Below are positions 41,824 to 51,580 of a DNA stretch of 64,000 nt, in pieces. Under the pieces are notes generated by a model. The model did not search any database, was not told where the DNA came from, and saw only the letters and a program-made list of their open reading frames with translations. The position numbers were made by a program, and so were the translations under genes. Source of the DNA: an uncultured Mucispirillum sp. GTDB lineage: Bacteria; Chrysiogenota; Deferribacteres; Deferribacterales; Mucispirillaceae. Where the stretch lies: NCBI GenBank assembly GCA_944324495.1, contig CALUWN010000003.1, positions 20,204 to 84,203 of the forward strand, given 5' to 3'. Numbering within the stretch: the stretch's first letter is position 1; each line of letters opens with the position of its first letter.

Positions 41824-43701
41824 GTGAATATAATAGATTTAAATGATAAAAAATATGATGTAATAGTTATTGGTGGCGGACATGCAGGCTGTGAGGCAGC
41901 ACTGGCATCTTCACGAATGGGTGCAAAAACATTACTTTTAACTTCTACAATAGATAGTATTGCACAAATGAGCTGTAATCCAGCAATTGGTGGGCTTGCA
42001 AAAGGTAATTTAGTTAAAGATATTGATGCATTAGGTGGAGAAATGGCTAAAAATATTGATGCATCATGTATCCAGTTCCAAATGCTAAACAGTAAAAAAG
42101 GAGCTGCAGCTCAAAGCTCACGAGGGCAGGCAGATAAAAAAAGATATATAAAAAGAATGATAGATACACTTATCAGCCAAGATAACTTAGATGTAAAACA
42201 GGGTGAAGTATGTAAAATAATAACTGAAAATAATGAAGTTAAGGCAGTAGAGAATATATGGGGGGAAATATTTTCCTGCAGGAAAATTATAGTATCAACA
42301 GGAACATTTTTAAATGGTAAAGTATTTATTGGTGAAACATCATATAGGGCAGGAAGAACATATGAACTGCCATCAATTGCTCTTGCAAAATCATTACAGG
42401 AAATAGGTTTTATACCTGTAAGATTAAAAACAGGAACACCAGCAAGGATAGATTATAGGACAATTGATTATTCAAAATTAGAAGTATATGAAATGCAGGG
42501 TGAAAAAACACCATTTTCATTTGAAAATACAGAATTTCCACTGCCACAAATTAAGTGCTATGCAACATATACTAATGAAGAAACCCATAAAATAGTTAAA
42601 GAACATATCCATAGAAGCATTTATTATAACTCAAAAGATAAGGGGATAGGTCCAAGGTACTGCCCTAGTATGGAAGATAAAATAGCGAAATTTCCAGAAA
42701 GAAACCGTCATCAAATAATTTTAGAGCGTGAGGGCTATGACAGTATGGAAGTATACCCTAACGGGTTTTCCACATCACTTCCAGTGGATGCTCAGCTTGC
42801 AGCTTATAGAACAATTCCGGGGTTAGAGCACTGCGAATTTATACGCCCAGCTTATGCCATTGAGTATGAAGCATATCAGCCAACTATTCTTTATGGCAGT
42901 TATGAAACAAAGTTAATAAAGGGGCTTTATTTTGCAGGACAAATTAACGGTACAAGTGGATATGAAGAAGCAGCCTGTCAAGGGCTTATGGCAGGTATTA
43001 ATGCAGTCTTAAGTATTGATAATAAAGAACCTTTTATATTAGGGCGGAATGAAAGTTATATTGGTGTGCTGACAGATGATTTAATAACAAAAGGGGTGGA
43101 CGAGCCATACAGGATGTTTACTTCCCGCGGAGAATACAGGCTTCATTTAAGGGAAGATAATGCAGAATACAGATTAATAGAATACGGATATAAATATGGT
43201 CTTATATCTAAAACTAGATATGAAAGATTTCAAAAAGAAAAAGAAGAAGTATATAATGAAGTGGAAAGATTAAAAAAAGAAACAATAAAATTAAAAGATA
43301 ACAGGAAAAAACTTGAAAGTTATGGTATAAACTTAGAGCGTGGGATATCATGTTATGAATTTTTAAAGCGGCCAGAAACAGATATTAATATGATAAAAGA
43401 AATGGGGCTTACTTCCCTTTCTGGCAGAAGTGCAAAGCAGGTGGAAACAATAATAAAATATTCTGGATATATAAGCTTGCAGGAAGAGGATATAAAAAAA
43501 TATAAATCTTTAGAAGATAAAAAGATACCCGATAATATAGATTATACAAAAATTGCAGGGCTAAGACGAGAATATGTGGAAAAATTAAGTAAAATAAGGC
43601 CAAAAACCATAGGTCAGGCATTAAGAATACCGGGAATGAGTTTTTCTGCCTGCTCAATTTTAGAGATTGCAATTAATAAAGAGAAGAAAAATAATGGATA
43701 A
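41824..43701 (+). CDS. mnmG: tRNA uridine 5-carboxymethylaminomethyl modification enzyme MnmG, paralog 2 (syntenic with rsmG)
   Basis: VIVIGGGHAGCEA, MSCNPAIGG, LKTGTPARID, GPRYCPSMEDK, GQINGTSGYEEAA, LRIPG. Apparent GTG start. Its end overlaps the rsmG start by 8 nt. Confidence 0.9.
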   Translation: MNIIDLNDKKYDVIVIGGGHAGCEAALASSRMGAKTLLLTSTIDSIAQMSCNPAIGGLAKGNLVKDIDALGGEMAKNIDASCIQFQMLNSKKGAAAQSSRGQADKKRYIKRMIDTLISQDNLDVKQGEVCKIITENNEVKAVENIWGEIFSCRKIIVSTGTFLNGKVFIGETSYRAGRTYELPSIALAKSLQEIGFIPVRLKTGTPARIDYRTIDYSKLEVYEMQGEKTPFSFENTEFPLPQIKCYATYTNEETHKIVKEHIHRSIYYNSKDKGIGPRYCPSMEDKIAKFPERNRHQIILEREGYDSMEVYPNGFSTSLPVDAQLAAYRTIPGLEHCEFIRPAYAIEYEAYQPTILYGSYETKLIKGLYFAGQINGTSGYEEAACQGLMAGINAVLSIDNKEPFILGRNESYIGVLTDDLITKGVDEPYRMFTSRGEYRLHLREDNAEYRLIEYGYKYGLISKTRYERFQKEKEEVYNEVERLKKETIKLKDNRKKLESYGINLERGISCYEFLKRPETDINMIKEMGLTSLSGRSAKQVETIIKYSGYISLQEEDIKKYKSLEDKKIPDNIDYTKIAGLRREYVEKLSKIRPKTIGQALRIPGMSFSACSILEIAINKEKKNNG

Positions 43702-44281
43702 ATTTTTAAAAACTGATGAAATAATAGAAAAAAAACTTGCATATTTTTACAATATGCATATAAACTGCCAAATAAACTTAACTGCCATAAAAGAGCGTGA
43801 TGAATTTTATTTAAAACATTATTATGACAGCATATATTATTTTCAAAAGTATGGTGCACCTTTTGGCAGATTAGCAGATATTGGCAGCGGTGGTGGTTTT
43901 CCGGGAATTGTTTTAGGAATATTTTACCCTGATATAGAGATAACATTAATAGAAAGTATAACAAAGAAATGCAAGTTTTTAGAGCAGGCAGTAAGTGAGC
44001 TTGAGCTGAAAAATATAAAAGTGAAAAACATACGGGTAGAAAACATCAAGGATGAAAAATATGATATAATAACAGCCCGTGGTGTTGCCACAGTAAAAGA
44101 TATTTTAAATAATACAAAAAATATATGCCATAATAATACAAAATGGATATTGTATAAAGGTGAGAAGCTGGAAAATGAACTTGAAACAGCAAAACCATTA
44201 TTGCAAAAGCGAGGTCTAAATGTTGAAAAAATACGAATTGAAGAACCAATTACGCGGACTTACTGTATTATTACTTATTAG
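43694..44281 (+). CDS. rsmG: 16S rRNA (guanine527-N7)-methyltransferase RsmG/GidB
   Basis: SAM motif DIGSGGGFPGIVL, about 195 aa, immediately after mnmG. The Met at 43694 fits the family N-terminus. Confidence 0.88.
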   Translation: MDKFLKTDEIIEKKLAYFYNMHINCQINLTAIKERDEFYLKHYYDSIYYFQKYGAPFGRLADIGSGGGFPGIVLGIFYPDIEITLIESITKKCKFLEQAVSELELKNIKVKNIRVENIKDEKYDIITARGVATVKDILNNTKNICHNNTKWILYKGEKLENELETAKPLLQKRGLNVEKIRIEEPITRTYCIITY

Positions 44282-45794
44282 CTTAATAGTTATACTATCA
44301 GGCTGCGGGCTTACAAGTAAATCTGCTAAAACATTTTACCCAGAATATTATGCTGCAAGGCAGTTACAAAACCAAGATATTGTTAAATTAAGGGAATTAA
44401 CAGTAAACCCTGATTTATTTGTAGCAGATTCTGCAACACTTCTTTTAGGTTCATATTATTTATATTATGGTGATGAAAATTATGGCAGGCTTTTAATTAA
44501 TAAAAGCTACAACTCAAAACATTTAAACGAAGAGATGACTATATTTGGTAAGCTTTGGAAAATGGAATCACTTTTAAGAGAAGGTGAAAAAGGGGCGGCT
44601 ATTAATTTAAGCAACCAAGTAAAAGAAATGAGAAGAACACCAGTTTATATGAGGGTAATGCAAATATACTGTAACCAGTATGGTGTATTAGTTATTGGTG
44701 ATGGCGAGATTAATTCGTGCATAGATGTGGCAGTTAATGGCAAACAAAAATTTCAAGATATAGCAGCTAAAGAAATAGAAAATCAAGATTTACCAATTGT
44801 AACAGATGATATGTCATATGAAGAATATTTAAAAGCATTGGGTATAGGCGGTGCTGTAGATAATATTGACGGAAAAGACACTGTAAATGATGAAATAAAA
44901 AATGTGGATATAAAACCAGATGCAAAAATCAAAATCGCAGGTGGTGATATTTTTGATGATGTAGCTTCAGGAATTATATATGGTATGGGTAAATATAATA
45001 ATAATTATCAGTTAGAACCAGTATCTGATTTTGCAGCAGATGAAAACAGCAAAACTGATATGTTACTTAGGCTTAACAACTACGATTTATTTATTGGTGG
45101 TGTAAAATCAAACTTAGGTGTTGATTATCTACAATTAAGTGAAGTTGCAACAGGACTTAATATTGTAACAAATAAAAGTATGGCTGTTATTGTAACATCA
45201 GAAAAGTATCAAGCACATGGCAAGATAATTGCTGATAGTTTTGAAAGCAAAGGTAAAAAAGCATTTCTTATTGATATAAAAAACCATCAGGAAGAAATGA
45301 GTAATGTGCTTAATGGTAAAAATAAGAGTTCATATGTAATTATAATTATTGCAGATGAAAAAGAAATATTAGAAGTACTGCCTATTGCTAAATATCATCA
45401 GGTAAACTCAAGCCTGCAGGATGTTTTAATTATGACAGCCTATATTCCTGAATATGATATAACAGATGACCAAAGAAGTTATTTCAGAGGCACATATATT
45501 CTTACATCATCATATTTAGTGAATAACCCAGAGTATAAACGAGTGGCAGCAGATTTTAAAGGGTTTTATGGTATGCCGCTTAGTGGTAAAGGTGCTTTAG
45601 GTTATGATATTATAACCTATATAAATAAAATTGTTAATAACGATACAACTGGAAAATATATTACAGATATAGAAAAGATAGTTAACGGATATGCAATAAG
45701 GTCATCAGTGCTGCTTTACTCTGATGGCAGGAAATTAATAGAGAAGGCAAAATATAAGCCGAAAGAATATGAAGGGGAAGAGTTACTTCCGTAG
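44220..45794 (+). CDS. lipoprotein, possibly TPR-like N-terminal plus periplasmic-binding-protein-like (LppC/LpoA-like) C-terminal region
   Basis: Lipobox ILSGC after a hydrophobic h-region. The domain assignment rests only on general composition and pattern. An alternative TTG start lies at 44238. Confidence 0.35.
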   Translation: MLKKYELKNQLRGLTVLLLISLIVILSGCGLTSKSAKTFYPEYYAARQLQNQDIVKLRELTVNPDLFVADSATLLLGSYYLYYGDENYGRLLINKSYNSKHLNEEMTIFGKLWKMESLLREGEKGAAINLSNQVKEMRRTPVYMRVMQIYCNQYGVLVIGDGEINSCIDVAVNGKQKFQDIAAKEIENQDLPIVTDDMSYEEYLKALGIGGAVDNIDGKDTVNDEIKNVDIKPDAKIKIAGGDIFDDVASGIIYGMGKYNNNYQLEPVSDFAADENSKTDMLLRLNNYDLFIGGVKSNLGVDYLQLSEVATGLNIVTNKSMAVIVTSEKYQAHGKIIADSFESKGKKAFLIDIKNHQEEMSNVLNGKNKSSYVIIIIADEKEILEVLPIAKYHQVNSSLQDVLIMTAYIPEYDITDDQRSYFRGTYILTSSYLVNNPEYKRVAADFKGFYGMPLSGKGALGYDIITYINKIVNNDTTGKYITDIEKIVNGYAIRSSVLLYSDGRKLIEKAKYKPKEYEGEELLP

Positions 45795-45806
45795 GTGGTT
45801 AATTAA

Positions 45807-47390
45807 ATGATAAAAGGCAGGTTAAGCTTATTATTAGCAGCATTAGTATTATTTACAAGCTGCGCAGGAACGGGAAACAGACAGGTAAAGGAAACATTAA
45901 AAGAAGCAGGTAGAGTTACTAAGGAAAAAGGTGATTATTACGAAATATTCACAGCTATTGATGAGCATACACTGCCACTGCCTGATTTAACAATTTATTC
46001 TTCATATCAAACAGATAGTAATGAAGATGGTGCAACATACTATAAAGAGTTTAAAGAATTTAATGTGCCAATGGCTATGACAGGCAGAGTTAATGCGTAC
46101 ATTAAATATTTTACAGAGCGAGTGCCATCAAGCACCCAAAGCTGGCTTAACAGGTCAAATAAATACATGTACCTTGTACGAGATATTTTCTTGCAGGAAG
46201 GGCTTCCTAGCGACTTGGTAGTGCTTGCGTTTACAGAAAGTGGTTACAACACCCATGCAGTAAGCCATGCAGGGGCGGCTGGTATGTGGCAGTTTATGAA
46301 GGGTACTGGTAAAATGTATGGTATGGAGCAGGATTTCTGGGTAGATGAACGCAGAGATTTTGAAAAATCTACAAGGGCAGCAGCAAAATATTTAAAAGCA
46401 TTATATGAAAGGTTTGGTGACTGGTATTTAGCACTTGCTGCTTATAATGCAGGCCCTACACGTATGGCAAAAGCTATACAAAAACATGATACTAATGATT
46501 TCTTTAAAATTTCAAGCAGAAATACATTAAAATTAGAAACAAGGGATTATGTACCAAAATATTTGGCACAGTTAATTATCTATAAAAACTATTTAAAATA
46601 TGGCTTTACTCCACCAACAGATATGCCAATGCTGTTTTCATCAATTAAAGCACCAGCTAATACAAACATATACTGGCTGGCAGATGAGTTAGGTGTAAGT
46701 TATGATGTAATGAAAGATTTAAACCCAGCATTAAAATTACCAATGACTCCGCCACGGGAATATACAATACGAGTGCCATATAAAAAAGATGCACAGGCAA
46801 AAGATATAATTGCAAAAGCCTCAAAAGAAGAAAGGGCACGCTATAAAATATATGATGGTAAACGTGGTGAGGAAGTTGCTTCCATTGCAAAAAAATATGG
46901 TGTAAAAAAAGAAGATATTTTAAGGGTAAACGGTATAAGCAGAGAAACACTTTTAACTTCAAGAAAAGTTTTTATACCATTACCAGATATGACAAATGCG
47001 AAAACTGATAAAGCATTTGCAGATGTATTAAGTAAAATTGACCCAAAATATTATAAGGTTAGAAAAGGCGATACATTTATAGGAATTGCTCATAACCATA
47101 ATATGCGTATGAAAGATTTACAAAAGTTAAATCCAAATATACGCCCAAGCAGAATATATCCGGGGCAGTATATTATGGTTACAAAAGACGGCTATAGTAA
47201 TGCAAGGTATGCTTCAAAAAGCAAATCAAGGCAGGTGGCTGTAAAATATAGAGTAAGAAGAGGTGATTCTTTATGGTCTATTGCAAAGAAATTTAATACA
47301 TCAGTTGCAAGCATAAAGAAAACAAATAAAATCGCAGGCAATAATATATATGCAGGCAGAATGCTTACAATTAAGAAAAATTCAAAATAA
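45807..47390 (+). CDS. mltD: lytic murein transglycosylase with three LysM domains (MltD-like lipoprotein)
   Basis: Lipobox FTSC. SLT catalytic region ESGYNTHAVSHAGAAGMWQFM and AYNAGP. Three LysM repeats (YKIYDGKRGEEVASIAKKYG, YKVRKGDTFIGIAHNHN, YRVRRGDSLWSIAKKFN). Confidence 0.88.
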   Translation: MIKGRLSLLLAALVLFTSCAGTGNRQVKETLKEAGRVTKEKGDYYEIFTAIDEHTLPLPDLTIYSSYQTDSNEDGATYYKEFKEFNVPMAMTGRVNAYIKYFTERVPSSTQSWLNRSNKYMYLVRDIFLQEGLPSDLVVLAFTESGYNTHAVSHAGAAGMWQFMKGTGKMYGMEQDFWVDERRDFEKSTRAAAKYLKALYERFGDWYLALAAYNAGPTRMAKAIQKHDTNDFFKISSRNTLKLETRDYVPKYLAQLIIYKNYLKYGFTPPTDMPMLFSSIKAPANTNIYWLADELGVSYDVMKDLNPALKLPMTPPREYTIRVPYKKDAQAKDIIAKASKEERARYKIYDGKRGEEVASIAKKYGVKKEDILRVNGISRETLLTSRKVFIPLPDMTNAKTDKAFADVLSKIDPKYYKVRKGDTFIGIAHNHNMRMKDLQKLNPNIRPSRIYPGQYIMVTKDGYSNARYASKSKSRQVAVKYRVRRGDSLWSIAKKFNTSVASIKKTNKIAGNNIYAGRMLTIKKNSK

Positions 47391-47472
47391 ATATTATGGG
47401 AGCTTATGCTCTTTTTTGTTATATAAACTAAAATATCAGTAAATAAAACGGCATTAAAAGCTGGAGAAAAAT

Positions 47473-48096
47473 ATGAAAGAAAATAATTTATATGAGCAAA
47501 ATACAGGTGCAGTTCTTAGTTTTTTTCAAAAAGAATATAAACACATAGAGCCAGAGTATTACAGACCATTAATCAGTGCTAAATTTGGTGGAGATTTTCT
47601 GCTTGATAGTGTTGTGTTATATAAAACAAAGGAGATAATTGAATTTGTAACATTAGGTTTTTCTGATGTAGCAGAAAAAGAAATAGAAAACGGCGAATAC
47701 AGTGGATATGGGTTTGAGCTTGCTGTAAAACTAAACATTAAAGATATGAATGAAGATAATATAAGTAAAGAATGTAATAATATATGTAGTATATTTAATT
47801 ATTTAGCAGGTTATGTATTTGAAAGCGGGAAAGTTTTTAAAGAAAACCAGTATATTTATACAGGTCAGACGCAAGGAATAGATGCCGAGCGTAAATCTGC
47901 ATTAACAGGCTTTGTGATTACTGCACATAAAGCAGGGACAGTGGATACTGTAAATGGAAAAGTGAAAATATTACAGCTTACAGGTATGACAGATAACGAA
48001 TTAAAAGCGGTAATTGATAAAAAAATAGAAGTATATAAACTGCTGGATATGATAAAAACAGATATAACAGATTACAGCAGGAAATCAGTTATATAA
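47473..48096 (+). CDS. suppressor-of-fused (SUFU-like) domain protein
   Basis: Pattern ...VVLYKT...FVTLGFSD...GYGFELAVKL...IFNYLAGYVFESGKVFKENQYI...VKILQLTGMTDNELKAV matches the bacterial SUFU-like family from memory. Not verified by search. Confidence 0.5.
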   Translation: MKENNLYEQNTGAVLSFFQKEYKHIEPEYYRPLISAKFGGDFLLDSVVLYKTKEIIEFVTLGFSDVAEKEIENGEYSGYGFELAVKLNIKDMNEDNISKECNNICSIFNYLAGYVFESGKVFKENQYIYTGQTQGIDAERKSALTGFVITAHKAGTVDTVNGKVKILQLTGMTDNELKAVIDKKIEVYKLLDMIKTDITDYSRKSVI

Positions 48097-48098
48097 AA

Positions 48099-48674
48099 TT
48101 ATTTTTTAATTAATTTATCAGCAAATATTGAATTAATATTGATAGATGAATTATCAGCAGAATAGTGGTATTTCATTTCTGTATTATTATCGCCGTCAGT
48201 TGAAATTTCCATTATAGAGTGAAATAAAATTTTCTGTTTTTCATATATAAAAGAATAGTAATAAAGGCTTAAAGGTTCATAGCGTCTTTTACCTTTAATA
48301 GTAATAATATTATTAGAAATGTTAACTTCTGGGTCATATATATTTAAAATATTAGAACCAAGGCATTCAATATAATCTGCATACTCTTTCCAAAAAGAAA
48401 TAAAAAACTTACTTTCTCCACGTGTAGCACCATCATATTCAGAGTAATAAAGAGTTATAAGTTTAAAATTTTCGCGAAATAATTTTATATTTTTTATTTC
48501 AGTATGCACATTTTTAGGAAATTTCGGATTAATAGTCCTAAAAATATAGTCAATAGCAAACTCAGTATCAATAGTTTTATAACCTGTAGTATATTTATAA
48601 TCAAAAGCATCTTGTGCATAAGTAGTATTAGATAAAGTTAGTATTAGAATAAATAAATAAACCAGCAGTCGCAT
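48099..48674 (-). CDS. secreted hypothetical protein
   Basis: The Met at 48674 starts a signal peptide, MRLLVYLFILILTLSNTTYAQ. No recognisable domain. Lies directly downstream of the heptosyltransferase gene. Confidence 0.5.
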   Translation of the reverse strand: MRLLVYLFILILTLSNTTYAQDAFDYKYTTGYKTIDTEFAIDYIFRTINPKFPKNVHTEIKNIKLFRENFKLITLYYSEYDGATRGESKFFISFWKEYADYIECLGSNILNIYDPEVNISNNIITIKGKRRYEPLSLYYYSFIYEKQKILFHSIMEISTDGDNNTEMKYHYSADNSSININSIFADKLIKK

Positions 48675-48675
48675 A

Positions 48676-49656
48676 TTACACCTGATTATTAGAAGAATTT
48701 TCAAGTATATTATTAATATGGTACCTAATTTCTTCCACACCAATATCCATCATACATTTAAAATGTTTTTTAGGGCAGGAGTTTTGCCCATGTATATGGC
48801 ATGGACGGCATTTTAATTTTAAATATTCTACTACTTTTACGCCTTTAAAATCAGGGTAAAAGCCAAGTTCTTTTGTAGTAGAGCCAAAAATAGCAACAGT
48901 AGGAATACGTAGAGCAGTAGCAATATGAAGAGGTCCAGAATCAGTTGTAATAAAAACATTAGCACGTGATATATAATCAGCTAAAGCAGAAAGTGAAATT
49001 TTACCAGTTTTATTTATAACCTGCGGAGGTAAATCTATTTTACCATCACCAATAACTGTAACAGTAACACCATCATCTATTAAAATTGAAGCAAGTTCTG
49101 CAAAAAAAGGCCACTGCTTAGTTTTTTTAGATGCAAAAGGATGTATAACAATATGCTTTTTTGCATTAATATTGTTTTTTTCATTAACTAAAGGAAGATA
49201 TGGTCTTAAATCTTCTAAAGTTGGCATTTTAAGATTAAATGCTTTCATAAATGGTTTAAAATATTTAATAACAGTATGGTCTTTTAATTTTGAACGGCAC
49301 AATCTATATTTTACAAACAACCTTCTAGCTAAAGCATTTTTATCATAAACATAGCATTTATTAGATGAAATAAACCTAGTGAAAAAAGAACGTATATTAT
49401 CATGTAAATCAAAAATATAATCATATTCTGGCATAGTAGATATTACTTCGTTAAGTTTAACTAATGAATCGCCTTTATTAATACAATAAACATTTCTAAT
49501 ATAAGGAAAATCCTGCAATATACCTGCAAAATGAGAGCTTGTTAAAAAATCTATTTGTACATTTTCACCAATATTTTCATAAACATACTTAATAACACCA
49601 GTAGTTAATACTATATCACCTAGGGAACTAAAGCGAATAACTAAAATATTTTTCAT
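48676..49656 (-). CDS. GT9 family glycosyltransferase (ADP-heptose:LPS heptosyltransferase-like)
   Basis: N-terminus ILVIRFSSLGDIVLTT, DSGPLHIA, and a C-terminal Cys-rich CRPC...CPKKHFKCMMDI motif. Confidence 0.85.
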   Translation of the reverse strand: MKNILVIRFSSLGDIVLTTGVIKYVYENIGENVQIDFLTSSHFAGILQDFPYIRNVYCINKGDSLVKLNEVISTMPEYDYIFDLHDNIRSFFTRFISSNKCYVYDKNALARRLFVKYRLCRSKLKDHTVIKYFKPFMKAFNLKMPTLEDLRPYLPLVNEKNNINAKKHIVIHPFASKKTKQWPFFAELASILIDDGVTVTVIGDGKIDLPPQVINKTGKISLSALADYISRANVFITTDSGPLHIATALRIPTVAIFGSTTKELGFYPDFKGVKVVEYLKLKCRPCHIHGQNSCPKKHFKCMMDIGVEEIRYHINNILENSSNNQV

Positions 49657-49660
49657 ACTA

Positions 49661-50719
49661 TTAATCCTTTTCTAGTATAGAAAGAGCAGCATTAATAATT
49701 TCAGTTGGTGGAATATCCATCATACATTTAAAATGTTTTTTAGGGCATTTTTTTCCACCATGTTTTCCACAAGGTCTGCATGATAAATCATTATTTTCAA
49801 CAACAATACTGCTGTTATCATAGGGGAAAAAACCAAGCTGTTTTGTAGTAGGGCCAAATATAGCAACACAAGGTGTCGCAACTGAACAGGCAATATGCAT
49901 AAGCCCGCTGTCATTAACAAGTAATAAATCTACCGCTTTTAATATGGCAGGAAGTTCAGATAAAGAAGTTTTATAAGCAAAATCATAGTATGGATATTTA
50001 AATGATGAAGCAAATTCATCTAAGCTTTCTTTATCATCTTTACCACCAAATAATGCTATGGCATACCCATTTTCATATAACATTTCTGCAACTTTAATAT
50101 AACTTGCAGCAGGATATCTTTTTGTAGGCCATACGCTGCCCGGAGCAATACCAATAACCTTTTTTGCAGGTGATGTGGAAGCAAAATAAGATGAAGTATT
50201 ATTATAGACAACATCATTAACATAAGTTTCAAGACTAGAGCCTATACTTTTTGCCTCATCAAGTGAAAAATCATCACATAATGCACTTAAAAACATTAAA
50301 TTACGTTCAACTTCACAAAGTTCCTGTTTTTTTTCTATACGTTCATTAAAAAGATAACTTAAAACAGCAGTAGAAAACCCTATTGAATAAGCATTTTTAA
50401 TCATAGAAATTAAAGTTGATGAACGCAGTGAAAGGTGCAGGTTTATAATTAAATCAAAATTATAATCAGTTAATTCTTTAGCAAATTTAAAAAGACCAGC
50501 AAAACCCTTTTGAGTATTACGCTTATCAAATACAATAACATTATCTATAAAGCTAAGGTTATAAAATAAAAGTGCGTGTTCTGGGCGAACACAAAATGAT
50601 ATTTTAGCTTCAGGGTAAAGTGCACGTAAAGCTTTAATAAGTGGAGTAGTAAGAACCGTATCTCCTAAAAATGCAGGGTTAAAAACTAAAATATTTTTAT
50701 AATTATTTTTCACTTTCAT
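49661..50719 (-). CDS. GT9 family glycosyltransferase (ADP-heptose:LPS heptosyltransferase-like)
   Basis: ILVFNPAFLGDTVLTTP, NDSGLMHIA, CRPC...CPKKHFKCMMDI. Start at 50719 or 50725. Confidence 0.85.
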   Translation of the reverse strand: MKVKNNYKNILVFNPAFLGDTVLTTPLIKALRALYPEAKISFCVRPEHALLFYNLSFIDNVIVFDKRNTQKGFAGLFKFAKELTDYNFDLIINLHLSLRSSTLISMIKNAYSIGFSTAVLSYLFNERIEKKQELCEVERNLMFLSALCDDFSLDEAKSIGSSLETYVNDVVYNNTSSYFASTSPAKKVIGIAPGSVWPTKRYPAASYIKVAEMLYENGYAIALFGGKDDKESLDEFASSFKYPYYDFAYKTSLSELPAILKAVDLLLVNDSGLMHIACSVATPCVAIFGPTTKQLGFFPYDNSSIVVENNDLSCRPCGKHGGKKCPKKHFKCMMDIPPTEIINAALSILEKD

Positions 50720-51377
50720 AGACATATTGATACACAAATTCAGTAGATAATTCAAGAGTTTTAATTAAATTATTCATAAATTCTGAAATATCTGTTTTAA
50801 ATATAAGCATTTTATTTAAAAATTTATCATAAAAACTAAGGTAGATGCACTCTAAAGAAAGCCTTTTATCATCAATTTTTTTATTATATAAAAAATCGTA
50901 ATAAAGTGGTGATTTTAACGCTTTTAAATGAACTCTTATTTGGTGCGTTCTGCCAGTAAATAGTTTTGCAACTATTAACGCACCTTTACTATTATATGAG
51001 GCATTATAAAAAGAAGTAACAGCTTTTTTTCCACTTTTAAAATTAATAGAATACTTACCATGGTTTTTTTTAGCTATAGGAAGCATTAATGTTTGAGAAA
51101 ATACAGGTTTTGAAGTTATGGCAATATAATATTTTTGCACTTTATTTTCTTCAAAAAGTTTTGAAATATAGCTGTGAGCTTTTTTGTTTCTAGCAAATAC
51201 CATAACTCCAGCAGTACCAGCATCAAGCCTGTGGCATACATATATTTCACCGCCGTAGTCTTTACGCAGTATATCAATTAAAGGAGTATGCTCCATATTT
51301 CTATCGTTAATAACATATACTCCATGCTCTTTAAAAATTACTAAATAGTTTTCATCAATATATATTTCTTTATACAT
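50703..51377 (-). CDS. RluA-family pseudouridine synthase
   Basis: Catalytic motif HRLDAGTAGVMVFA and GRTHQIRVH. The Met at 51377 (MYKEIYIDENYLV) fits the family. The upstream track codons are hydrophobic junk. Confidence 0.85.
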   Translation of the reverse strand: MYKEIYIDENYLVIFKEHGVYVINDRNMEHTPLIDILRKDYGGEIYVCHRLDAGTAGVMVFARNKKAHSYISKLFEENKVQKYYIAITSKPVFSQTLMLPIAKKNHGKYSINFKSGKKAVTSFYNASYNSKGALIVAKLFTGRTHQIRVHLKALKSPLYYDFLYNKKIDDKRLSLECIYLSFYDKFLNKMLIFKTDISEFMNNLIKTLELSTEFVYQYVYESEK

Positions 51378-51580
51378 AAAAGTTATATAAATAAATAGTA
51401 TATATAAGTCAATTAAATAATATATTGAAAAAATAAGCATATCATAGTATAAGCATAAAAAAGCATAAGGATAAGAATATATTATACGGTAATTTAGAGG
51501 GTATATCCCAAAAGACTATAAAACAGATAGAAAAGTTTTTAAGCAAGAAAAACCATGGCAGTGATATTATATCCATAGAT

